Shown here: positions 17,976 through 26,618 of the stretch, piece after piece | Layout: the number at the start of each line of letters is the position of its first letter | Position numbering within the stretch: position 1 is the first letter of the stretch | Assembly (NCBI GenBank): GCA_026707285.1 | Contig: JAPOXD010000021.1 | Coordinates: forward strand, 2,559-66,558 | From: Chloroflexota bacterium | Lineage (GTDB): Bacteria > Chloroflexota > UBA11872 | DNA: 64,000 nt | Direction: 5' to 3' | Translations under genes and position numbers: made by a program | The notes under the pieces: generated by a model | What the model was told of the DNA's origin: nothing | What the model saw: only the letters and a program-made list of their open reading frames with translations | Databases searched by the model: none

Positions 17976-19775
17976 ATGACGGCAGCCACTACCGATCTCT
18001 TTGCCGACGGCTGGCTCAGCAGCCCGCCGCAATACCGCGCGGACCTGGATCGCTGCGAGCCGGCCTCGGCGCTGAGCGCCACGGGCAAGCGCGGACATTG
18101 GCGGACGATGTCGTTCGAGACCGACGACGTGGCGGGCACCATGATCGCGGCGGGGCCGGAGACGGCCGCGCCGGCGGTGAGCTTTCCGCTGCGCGCCAGC
18201 GGCTGGCACGCGGTGTCGGTGGGCATCGTGCCGAACTTCAAGTGCACCGATGACACCGCCACGGTGGCGGTACCGGTCAAGCTCAGCAGCGACGACACCT
18301 ACTCGTTGCTCACGCTGAACCTGTCCTCGCTGCAAACCCGGCTGCTGCCGGATTGGCACGGGCCGGCGGTGGCCGAGATGTTCTGGAAGATTGCCGACCT
18401 CACGGACATGAGCCTCGATATCTGCCAGATGGTCCGGCGGGTGGCGCCGGGGGACGCGCCGGGGTCGTTCAGCGGCCCGGCGGCGCGCGTGGCCTACGTG
18501 AAGCTGGTGCCGCTGACCGACGACGAAATCGAGACCTGGCAGGCGGACCAGGCGCGGACGGATACGCGCCGCCTGTTCGCCCACAACGACTCGCACGGGC
18601 CGCACTACCTGTTCCGCCTCACCACCGAGGAAGAGGTGCGGCGCGAGATCGAGCCCTATCGCGACACCGACGTCTCGCGCATCTACTGGGAGGCCGGCGG
18701 CGGCGACCGCACGCGCTTTTTCAGCCGCGTCGCCCGCGCCGAGGTCATGGAGGGGCAGGAGGATTTCGGGCGGCGCGGCGACCGCATGCACGCCGAAAGC
18801 TGGCGAGACTTCCAGCAGCAGGGCGTGGACCCGTTCGACGTGGCGTTGGCGCACACGCACGCGCTGGGCATGGAATTCCACGCGTGCTATCGCGTGGCGG
18901 GGTTCAAGTACCCGCCGCCGCTGGATGGCGCCAGCCTGGGGGAGGTCTTCTTCGACCGGCATCCCGAATGCCGCGGCGAGGACCGCGCGGGCAACCGCAC
19001 GCCGCGCATGGCCTACAGCTATCCCGCGGTGCGGGAGTTCGTGGTCTCGCTGCTGCGCGAGATCGTGGAGCGGCCCGTGGACGGCGTGTGCCTGCTGTTC
19101 AACCGGCGCATGCCGTTGGTGGAGTACGAGCCGCCGGTGGTGGAGGGGTTCCAGCAGGAATACGGGCTCGACCCGCGCGAGCTTGCGGCGGACGACCCGC
19201 GCTGGCTCGCCTACCGCGCGCGGACGCTGACGGGCTTCATGCGCGAGGTGCGCGCGGCAATGAACGAGGCGGGCGAGGCGCGGGGGTCGCGGATCGACGT
19301 GGGCGCCGTGGTGGCGGCCACCGAGCAGGAGAACCTGCAGGACGGCATCGACCTGCGCGCCTGGATGGACGAGGGACTGATCGACACGCTAATCCCCTAT
19401 AGCTCGGAGCCGGTCTACGACAGCCACCATCCGTCGTGGACGGATCCGTCACAGCTGGCGTTCTTCGTGGACCTGGTGCGCGGCACCGACTGCGTGCTGG
19501 CGCCGAACCTGATGCCGAGGCATCAGTCGCCGGAGGACTTTCGCCGCCGGGCGTCGACCGTCTACGAGGCCGGCGCCGGACACATGTTCTTCTGGGACGC
19601 CGCCGGCGGCTGCGGCCGGGCCAACCACCAGCCCATGTGGAGCGGCCTGAAACGCCTGGGCCACCAGGACGAAATCGCCGCCTGGCAAGCCGCCGGCGAG
19701 CCCGACCTGCCGCGCACCATCAAGCCCCTGCGCAAATGGGACGGCTGGGATTTCGCCTACGAGACGCCGGGGTAG
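17976..19775 (+). CDS. uncharacterised TIM-barrel glycoside-hydrolase-like protein (tandem paralog)
   Basis: tandem duplicate of 16023..17795; a third, more distant paralog lies at 31450..33048. Confidence 0.45.
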   Translation: MTAATTDLFADGWLSSPPQYRADLDRCEPASALSATGKRGHWRTMSFETDDVAGTMIAAGPETAAPAVSFPLRASGWHAVSVGIVPNFKCTDDTATVAVPVKLSSDDTYSLLTLNLSSLQTRLLPDWHGPAVAEMFWKIADLTDMSLDICQMVRRVAPGDAPGSFSGPAARVAYVKLVPLTDDEIETWQADQARTDTRRLFAHNDSHGPHYLFRLTTEEEVRREIEPYRDTDVSRIYWEAGGGDRTRFFSRVARAEVMEGQEDFGRRGDRMHAESWRDFQQQGVDPFDVALAHTHALGMEFHACYRVAGFKYPPPLDGASLGEVFFDRHPECRGEDRAGNRTPRMAYSYPAVREFVVSLLREIVERPVDGVCLLFNRRMPLVEYEPPVVEGFQQEYGLDPRELAADDPRWLAYRARTLTGFMREVRAAMNEAGEARGSRIDVGAVVAATEQENLQDGIDLRAWMDEGLIDTLIPYSSEPVYDSHHPSWTDPSQLAFFVDLVRGTDCVLAPNLMPRHQSPEDFRRRASTVYEAGAGHMFFWDAAGGCGRANHQPMWSGLKRLGHQDEIAAWQAAGEPDLPRTIKPLRKWDGWDFAYETPG

Positions 19776-19916
19776 GGATAGGTCGTTCGTCAGAAGGCGA
19801 TTCGGAACTTCGTTGATAGAGCCCACGCCGCGGATGATTCGCCGCGTCGCGATTGCAGCCCAATTGGCAGGAGTGTCAATTGACAAGCGACGGGCGACAC
19901 TTCACAATGATTTGGC

Positions 19917-20195
19917 GTGATCGTTTCGTTCAAGCACGGAGGACTTCGGGCGCTCTATCTTGGTCGAGGCGCACAGCGTGTGGCACCGGCTCACGTCCGC
20001 AAACTGCGGGACATTCTGGCGGTGCTGGACCAAAGTCGCGGGCCCCACGACATGGATCTTCCAGGGTTTCGGCTGCATCGATTGAAGGGCGACCTGCGAA
20101 ATCACTACGCCGTCTCGGTGTCGGGAAACTGGCGAGTGACCTTCCGCTTTGAGAATGGTCACGCGGTCGACGTCGACTACACGGACTATCACTGA
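19917..20195 (+). CDS. higB: type II toxin HigB (RelE/ParE superfamily, 'plasmid maintenance system killer')
   Basis: MIVSFKHGGLRALY...HRLKGDLRNHYAVSVSGNWRVTFRFENGHAVDVDYTDYH matches the HigB family pattern end-to-end. Confidence 0.8.
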   Translation: MIVSFKHGGLRALYLGRGAQRVAPAHVRKLRDILAVLDQSRGPHDMDLPGFRLHRLKGDLRNHYAVSVSGNWRVTFRFENGHAVDVDYTDYH

Positions 20196-20206
20196 AAGGA
20201 GAAGTC

Positions 20207-20512
20207 TTGACCATGCATGCGCCACCGCATCCGGGTGGGATTGTGAAGCGGCAGTGCCTGGAGCCCCTTGGGTTGTCGGTGACGCGAGCGGCTCTGGGCC
20301 TTGGCGTGACTCGGCAGGCACTGTCGGAGTTGGTGAACGAACGAGCGGGGATATCGGTGGAGATGGCGGTGCGGTTGTCCAAGGCATTCGGCTCGACGCC
20401 CGAGACGTGGCTGGGGATGCAGACGGCTTTCGACTTGTGGCAGGCGCGCGAGCGTACGGCGCAGTTGGAGGTTGAGCAGTTTGCGCCGGCGCTGGCCGAG
20501 GGCGGTGGCTAG
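20207..20512 (+). CDS. higA: antitoxin HigA (XRE-type HTH)
   Basis: HPGGIVKRQCLEPLGLSVTRAALGLGVTRQALSELVNERAGISVEMAVRLSKAFGSTPETWLGMQTAFDLWQA; 11-nt gap after higB. Confidence 0.8.
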   Translation: MTMHAPPHPGGIVKRQCLEPLGLSVTRAALGLGVTRQALSELVNERAGISVEMAVRLSKAFGSTPETWLGMQTAFDLWQARERTAQLEVEQFAPALAEGGG

Positions 20513-20600
20513 ACCGTCGGAGGCGGGGCGCTAGGCGCAGTCGCAAAAAGGGCAACGACTACGGTTGCCTATACGGCGGACACCCATGGACGCAGGGGTA

Positions 20601-20630
20601 GATTCCCGCCCTCGCGCGAATGACGGAGAG
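20601..20630. repeat. family B palindromic repeat (partial copy)
   Basis: GATTCCCGCCCTCGCGCGAATGACGGAGAG located where the toxin partner of the 20726..21028 antitoxin would be expected. Confidence 0.5.
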
Positions 20631-20725
20631 ACTACGCGCAGGTCTCCATCACGAGTGGAAGGTCGGGGCCCGAAGGGGGAGGGACTCGACCGGCAGCACG
20701 ACCAGCGCCGGCAAGACCAAACACC

Positions 20726-21028
20726 TCAGCGGCTCTGATCCCGCTCCTTCGCGATGGTGCCGCTCGCGCTGAAACCCTCGCCTAGCAGCGGCGCGGGTTT
20801 GGCTAGGAATCGCTCGACGTCGAGCACGGCCCGCGGCCGGTCCGCTACCTGCCGCCCTACCAGCCGCTCCGCCGCTTCATCCAGCCTCATCGCGGAGGCG
20901 AGATATTGCTCGATTCGCGCCACAGGTTCGCCGTTGTGCGTGACGATCACGGACTCACCGCGACGGACATCATCTACTAGCGCGTAGAGGTCGTTCCGAG
21001 CTTCGCTGTCACGTACGCCTCTCATCAC
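20726..21028 (-). CDS. Phd/YefM-family antitoxin, apparently orphan
   Basis: RNDLYALVDDVRRGESVIVTHNGEPVARIEQY.. is a classic Phd/YefM N-terminus; no downstream toxin ORF of 60 aa or more. Confidence 0.6.
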   Translation of the reverse strand: MMRGVRDSEARNDLYALVDDVRRGESVIVTHNGEPVARIEQYLASAMRLDEAAERLVGRQVADRPRAVLDVERFLAKPAPLLGEGFSASGTIAKERDQSR

Positions 21029-21057
21029 GCCAATCTGCTGAGCATTTACGGTTTAGC

Positions 21058-22269
21058 CTACCGCCACGAAAGCTCCCGCCTATCGGTAACGGTTGATTCG
21101 TCGATGTCGAGGCCGAGGCCTGGGGTGTTGGTGGGGGCGATGCGGCCGTTGACGGGTTGGGTCTTGTGCTCGAGGTGCAGCTGGCGGATGTCGTTCCACT
21201 TGATGAGGTATTCGACGTAGGGGCAGAGGGTGGGCGGCAGCGCGGCGCTGAGGTGGACGTTCACCGGCACGCTCGAACCGTGGAACACGATTGGGATGTC
21301 GTAGACCGAGCAGATGGTGGCCATCTTCATGGTCTCGCTGATGCCGCCGCACCACATGGTGTCGGGCTGGAAGACGTCGACGGCGCCGGCGCGCATGTAG
21401 TCGCGCGTACCCCAGCGGGTGTATTCGTGCTCGCCGCCGGCGATGGGGACCGGTGAGGCGGCCCGGATGCGGGCGTAGGCCGGAATGTCGTCGGGCTTGA
21501 CCGGCTCCTCGATCCAGCGGGGGCGGTATTCGGCCATACGGTGGGCCATGTCGATGGCGTAGCGCGCGTTCCAGCTATTCCAGGCGTCGAGCATCACCTC
21601 GACCTCATCACCCACGGCCTCGCGCACGGTGCGCGCAAGCTCCACGTTGGCGCGAGCGCCCGGCTCGCCGTCGTCGGGACCGTGGCGCATGAACCACTTG
21701 GTGGCGGAGAAGCCGGCATCCACGACCTGGCGCGCGCGGGCGGTGACGCGGTCGGGCTCCAGCGAATAGCCCAGCATGCTGGCGTAGGCCGGGATGCTGT
21801 CGCGCACCGGGCCGCCGAGCAGCCGGTAGACCGGCTGGCCGAGCCACTTGCCCTTAAGGTCCCACAGCGCCACGTCCAGCGCGCTGATGGCGAACATCGG
21901 CTGGCCCTTGCGGGCGTGGATGAGCTGGCGGTAGAGCTTGTCCCAGATGCGCTCAATGGCCAGTGGGTCTTCGCCGACAACGAGCGGCGCGACGTCAGTG
22001 TCGATGACGAAGGCCGTTTGCCGGTCGATGGTGCCCGCCAAACCGCTGACGCCCTCGTCGGTCTCGACCGAGACGAAGATCGACGAGACGGGGTAGGCAC
22101 CGCGCGCGTTGCGCTGCTGCCCGACACCGCCGCTGGCGATGGGATAGCCGCGCTCGTGCTTGTGCTCGGGATAGACGTCGATGGGACGGACGACGCGTTC
22201 TTCCCAGAGCTCGCCGTCGTAGTCCAGCTCGCCGTGAAGCTCGAAGAGCCGCACGCGGGTGATGCGCAT
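21058..22269 (-). CDS. enolase-superfamily enzyme (mandelate racemase / sugar-acid dehydratase-like)
   Basis: PMFAISALDVALWDLKGKWLGQPVYRLLGG; metal-ligand region EVMLDAWNSWN / WIEEP / DVFQPD typical of MR/MLE and D-galactonate dehydratase-like enzymes; start at the MRITRV ATG (22269). Confidence 0.7.
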   Translation of the reverse strand: MRITRVRLFELHGELDYDGELWEERVVRPIDVYPEHKHERGYPIASGGVGQQRNARGAYPVSSIFVSVETDEGVSGLAGTIDRQTAFVIDTDVAPLVVGEDPLAIERIWDKLYRQLIHARKGQPMFAISALDVALWDLKGKWLGQPVYRLLGGPVRDSIPAYASMLGYSLEPDRVTARARQVVDAGFSATKWFMRHGPDDGEPGARANVELARTVREAVGDEVEVMLDAWNSWNARYAIDMAHRMAEYRPRWIEEPVKPDDIPAYARIRAASPVPIAGGEHEYTRWGTRDYMRAGAVDVFQPDTMWCGGISETMKMATICSVYDIPIVFHGSSVPVNVHLSAALPPTLCPYVEYLIKWNDIRQLHLEHKTQPVNGRIAPTNTPGLGLDIDESTVTDRRELSWR

Positions 22270-22363
22270 GGCGGGGTCCAGGTGAGGCCCGAGGGCCGCG
22301 GGTGGGGTCCAGTCTATAGCGGGAGCGGGAAATGCCCGGTTGGCACGGAGGTCATGGAGGGGT

Positions 22364-22410
22364 GGATTCCCGCCTCCGCGGGAATGACGGAGGGGGCGCG
22401 AGAATGACGG
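22364..22410. repeat. family B palindromic repeat plus partial second unit
   Basis: GGATTCCCGCCTCCGCGGGAATGACGGAGGGGG then CGCGAGAATGACGG. Confidence 0.55.
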
Positions 22411-22457
22411 TCGAGCGCGGGCTACTTTCGGTGGCGGCGCTGCCGTATCCTTGCCGC

Positions 22458-23009
22458 ATGAAATCTCTGTTCGCTCTGGTTGCTCTCGCGCTGGTCGGCA
22501 GCTTGCTGCTGGCGTGCGGCGAGGAGGGTCCACCCGAGGGCGCGGAGATCGCGCCGGACTTCACCGTGCAGGACGCGCACGGGAACGCGGTGACGCTCTC
22601 GGGCCTGGTCGAGGACGGTCAGGGCGTCATTCTGGTGTTCTACCGGGGCTTCTTCTGAGGGATCTGCCGCGCGCAGCTCGTGGAGCTGCAGGGAGCCATC
22701 CCCCTCTTCGCCGAAGTGGGGTACCGACCGGTCGCGATCAGCACGGACGATGTCGAGGGGGCCGCGGATATGGCGCAGTACGTGCGAGCCGAATACCCAA
22801 TCCTCGCCGACCCGGATCACACGGTTGCCGAGAGTTTCGGCGTGTTCAATCTGCTGAACGACGATGTGGCCGCGCCGGCGGTGCTCCTGATCGGGAAGTG
22901 GCGCGTGGTGCACTGGCGGCAGGTGGGCGAGGGCATCGGCGACCGTCCGTCGCTCAACACGATTCTGGACGCGATTCTCGAGGTGGAGGGGACGCTGGAC
23001 GGGAGCTGA
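22458..23009 (+). CDS. thioredoxin-fold lipoprotein (TlpA/ResA/AhpC-TSA 'redoxin' family) with in-frame TGA at the first active-site Cys: candidate selenoprotein (UxxC)
   Basis: ORFs 22332..22658 and 22680..23009 are in the same frame, separated only by TGA at 22656..22658; joined product reads ..GVILVFYRGFF-U-GICRAQLVELQ.., the F/W-C-x-x-C position of thiol:disulfide oxidoreductases; signal peptide MKSLFALVALALVGSLLLAC; hairpin gcagctc-GUG-gagctgc ~13 nt after the TGA. Confidence 0.55.
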
Positions 23010-23246
23010 GGCGCGCGCAAGGGCGGGCCGTGCGTTGGTGCTGCCCTTCCGTGCGGCCGCGGATGAACGTCTGAGATTCCTCGCTGCGCTCGGAATGACA
23101 GACAGGGGGGCGCGGAAGGACGCGAGGACACGCACTTGGGTAGGTAGCGCTGGGTGGTGAGTAACCGTTGCTACATCTCAAGGCCGGTCCGTGCGGTACC
23201 GTCGCGCCTGGCTGCATTCTGAGGCCTTTGCCGAGCACGCAACCTG

Positions 23247-24434
23247 ATGTACGTGGTCCGCATTCTGCGCAACCTGACCCGCCGGAGATTCCGCACGGCG
23301 CTCACCGTGATTGGAATCACTATCGGCATATGGGTGCTGGTCGTGATGAGCTCGATGGCGAACCGGATCAACTTCATCGTGGACGGTGGTGCGACCTACT
23401 ACCAGGACAAGATCATCGTGAGCGACGCTACGAATCCCGCGTTTGGCCTCGGGTCCACGCCGATGCCGCTCAGCGTGGCCGACGAGATCGCCAGCGTCCC
23501 GGGTGCGGCGGTCGTAGTTCCCGAAGTCCAACTGCTGCTCGACCCGAACGAGGCGGGGGGCGGAGGATTCGGCCTGCCGGACTTCATCGTCGGCGCCGTC
23601 GCAGACGCCGACCAGGGGCGTGAAGCGTTGCAGGTCCGAGCGGCCCAAGGGCGGCTCACGACGCCAGACGACGAAGGAGCGAACGTGGTGGTCCTGGGCG
23701 CCGATCTGGCCCGCAAGTTTGGCAAGCGCGCCGGAGACTCCATCGAACTGCGCCAGGTGGAATTCGAGGTCATCGGCGTGCTCGAACCCACCCTGACCGC
23801 GCCGGACACCCTGGCGTACATCCCGCTCCAGGCGGCCCAGGCGCTGCTCACCGCCGACGCGCCCATCCTGGCCACGGCCGGTCTGGGGGCCGACCAATTG
23901 ATCTCCCAGGTGACGGTCTACCCAGAGGCGGGCATGGACACGGAAGTCCTCGCCGACGCCATCGAGGCGAGCGTGGCGCAAGTGGGGACGTTGACGGGGG
24001 CGGACTTCGACCGGGAGATCACCTCGGCAACGGAGATCTTCAACGCCATCGTGGTGGGCATTGGCCTCATCAGCCTAGTCGTGGGCGGCCTGTCGGTGAT
24101 CAACACCATGGCCATGAGCGTGGCGGAACGGACGCGCGAAATTGGCATCAAGCGAGCGATTGGGGCCACGCGCGGACGCATCATGCGGGAGATCGTTATC
24201 GAGGCCGCCAGCATCGGCCTGCTCGGGGGACTGCTGGGACTGGGGCTCGGCGCCCTCGTGGTGACCGTGGCGAACGAGCTTGGACGCGATTCGGGGAACA
24301 TCCTGTTCCAACTGACGGCGCCGACCGCGGTGGTGGCGCTGGCGTTCGCCACCGTGCTCGGCGCGGTGGCCGGGCTGCTGCCAGCCTGGAACGCCGCCCG
24401 GCTCGATCCGGTCCAAGCGCTCAGGTACGAGTAG
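23247..24434 (+). CDS. ABC transporter permease, FtsX/MacB family
   Basis: N-terminal TM helix, large periplasmic domain, C-terminal FtsX 4-TM region (..GLISLVVGGLSVINTMAMSVAERTREIGIKRAIGATRGRI..). Confidence 0.8.
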   Translation: MYVVRILRNLTRRRFRTALTVIGITIGIWVLVVMSSMANRINFIVDGGATYYQDKIIVSDATNPAFGLGSTPMPLSVADEIASVPGAAVVVPEVQLLLDPNEAGGGGFGLPDFIVGAVADADQGREALQVRAAQGRLTTPDDEGANVVVLGADLARKFGKRAGDSIELRQVEFEVIGVLEPTLTAPDTLAYIPLQAAQALLTADAPILATAGLGADQLISQVTVYPEAGMDTEVLADAIEASVAQVGTLTGADFDREITSATEIFNAIVVGIGLISLVVGGLSVINTMAMSVAERTREIGIKRAIGATRGRIMREIVIEAASIGLLGGLLGLGLGALVVTVANELGRDSGNILFQLTAPTAVVALAFATVLGAVAGLLPAWNAARLDPVQALRYE

Positions 24435-24440
24435 ACGCGC

Positions 24441-25139
24441 ATGGCATTCCTCGAAGCCCGTCACCTGCACAAGACCTATCGGCTCGGGCGCCAGAACCTC
24501 GTGCACGCGTTGCGGGGCGCCGACATCGCCATCGAAGCCGGAGAGATGGTGGGGATCATGGGGCCGTCGGGCTGCGGCAAGAGCACCCTGATGCACATCC
24601 TGGGTCTGCTGCACGCGCCCGACGACACGGACCCGCCGGCGAGCCTGGTGATCGGCGGCAACGACGTGGCCGACCTGTCGGACCGCGAGCGGACCAAGAT
24701 GCGGGCGGAGCGGATGGGCTTCGTCTTCCAGGCCTTCAACCTGGTGCCGACGCTGACGGCCATCGAGAATGTGGCGCTCCCCGCTGAATACGCGGGCCGC
24801 CGCCGCTCCGAGGCCATGAAAGCGGCGGCAGAGGCTCTGAATTGGGTCGGGCTCGCGGATCGCGGCGACCACCGGCCGACGGAACTCTCAGGCGGTCAGC
24901 AGCAACGAGTCGCCGTCGCTCGCGCCTTGGTGACCCAGCCCGACCTGATGCTGGCCGACGAGCCGACGGGCAACCTGGACTCGGAGAGCACGAACGAGGT
25001 GCTGGACCTGCTGCGCCGGTTCAACACCGAGCGCGGGCAGACCATCCTGATGGTCACGCACGACCCGCGCGTGGGTGAGGCGTGCGGCCGCATCGTCGAG
25101 ATGCTCGACGGCCAGATCACGAACGGTCAGGCGGAGTAG
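24441..25139 (+). CDS. ABC transporter ATP-binding protein (MacB/LolD-like)
   Basis: Walker [10 protein letters not shown], signature [15 protein letters not shown], Walker [13 protein letters not shown]. Confidence 0.9.
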   Translation: MAFLEARHLHKTYRLGRQNLVHALRGADIAIEAGEMVGIMGPSGCGKSTLMHILGLLHAPDDTDPPASLVIGGNDVADLSDRERTKMRAERMGFVFQAFNLVPTLTAIENVALPAEYAGRRRSEAMKAAAEALNWVGLADRGDHRPTELSGGQQQRVAVARALVTQPDLMLADEPTGNLDSESTNEVLDLLRRFNTERGQTILMVTHDPRVGEACGRIVEMLDGQITNGQAE

Positions 25140-25203
25140 GCAAGCCGTTCAGTCTGGCGCAGGCTGCGCGCCGGCCGGACCCGCTCGACCGCTAGACTTG
25201 GCC

Positions 25204-25279
25204 GGGTCGGTAGCTCAGTTGGTAGAGCAGCGGACTTTTAATCCGAAGGTCGTGGGTTCGAGTCCCACCCGGCCCACCA
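25204..25279 (+). tRNA. tRNA-Lys (anticodon UUU)
   Basis: GGGTCGGTAGCTCAGTTGGTAGAGCAGCGGACTTTTAATCCGAAGGTCGTGGGTTCGAGTCCCACCCGGCCCACCA; cloverleaf with anticodon loop CUUUUAA; CCA encoded. Confidence 0.9.
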
Positions 25280-25594
25280 CCATAGGCCTTCCCACGGCAA
25301 AACTCACGGTAAGTGATAGCGAACCTCAGCGCCGAGTACCAAATCATCTATAGGCGACTTCAAACCGTCCAAGGCTGGACAGGATTCGGTGTCATGACCA
25401 TCCAAGCCCAACCGTCGGTCAACGATTGGCTTTCAGTTATTTCTGGTCCGGCTTGCGGCGCGGCCTCTTCACACGGGCACTCACCAACTACCAGTCTCCG
25501 GAGTTGTCCTGGCCCAGACTCGCTCTAACTGCGGCTCGTGTGCCGCCACCGTCCCCTGACCAGAGGCCGGCCGGCGGCAGGTCCCAGCTTCAGT

Positions 25595-26275
25595 CTATTG
25601 CCACAGCAGGGGATCGGGGCGCCTCATCAGTCCGAAGCCCAGATATCCGAACCAGATCACCAGGAGCACGTAGAAGCTCCGGGCCAACGAGATGAAGGTG
25701 TCGCGGCCGTCGTTGTGGAGTATGGCTATCGCGAAGAAGACCATGATGGCCAGGCTGACAAGGGCGGCCAACAGGGCGACGATCCGGTTGTGGTCGTCTC
25801 TCGTGGAGAGGCCCAGCGCGAAAATGAAGCCGCCAAAGCCAAGGGCAATTCCACCGGCGTAGACGAGCGCAGAGCCGGCGTAGTAGACGGGAATGCTTCC
25901 GCTGATCTGATCACTGGTTTCAGCATCGGCCAGTATGAAGTCCACGCCGCCGGAAAGAATCCAACCGGTCAGTCCGACGAACATCATGAAGAAGCCCATC
26001 TGAACCAGCGCCTTGCCATTGCCCTGCAAGGTCACGTTCCGCATGAGCGCATAGAGGCCCGAGAGAATGAGGCTCAGGCCAAGAATGATCCCGATGTTGG
26101 TGACGTTGGTGAGCGCGGCGTTGGCGCCTTTGGCCGTGACGGAGCCAACGGCGTCTGACACCGGGGCGCTGTCGATGAAGAGTCCGCCCGGCTCAATGAG
26201 AAAGAAGACGAAGGCGATTGTCGGGCCAAATATGAGGGACAGACCCGCCAGCCGGTTTACGGATATTGCGCCCAT
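25595..26275 (-). CDS. hypothetical integral membrane protein (6-7 TM)
   Basis: hydrophobic segments throughout; start at MGAISVNRLAGLSLIFG (26275); sits in a lower-GC patch just after tRNA-Lys. Confidence 0.5.
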   Translation of the reverse strand: MGAISVNRLAGLSLIFGPTIAFVFFLIEPGGLFIDSAPVSDAVGSVTAKGANAALTNVTNIGIILGLSLILSGLYALMRNVTLQGNGKALVQMGFFMMFVGLTGWILSGGVDFILADAETSDQISGSIPVYYAGSALVYAGGIALGFGGFIFALGLSTRDDHNRIVALLAALVSLAIMVFFAIAILHNDGRDTFISLARSFYVLLVIWFGYLGFGLMRRPDPLLWQ

Positions 26276-26618
26276 GTTCGAATCTCCTTTATGTGCTGCC
26301 CTGAGCAAGATCCATTGGGTTCGATCCCTCCTGGCAGACATCGTGACGCAAATGTTGTGGCGTGGCAATCGGGAAGCGACCTGCCCCCAAAGAGCTGCAT
26401 CACCCGCGACGTTCGTCTCGTGGGGCGTCGGTGGCCACTAACGTATCCCTCGCGCATCCTCTGAAATGCGACGGCTGAAGGCTCGATAAGGTCCAGAGTC
26501 GGATTCCTCATGTGGGGAGCTCCCAGCAAAGCGCTGTGAGCTCCGCCTTCCCTGCCCCACCAGCGTGCCGGAATTGGTCTTCGGCGCGGATGTCGGGGCG
26601 ACTTGACACTCCCGGCAT

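Noticed and set aside
22656-22658. Alternative reading of the in-frame TGA as a genuine stop (two separate small ORFs or a pseudogene)
   Set aside because: Not fully rejected. The second ORF would need a GTG start with no RBS. It would encode only the C-terminal half of a thioredoxin fold, and the stop falls exactly on the catalytic Cys position of a conserved CxxC. Selenocysteine recoding is judged more likely, but it needs the sel genes to be present.
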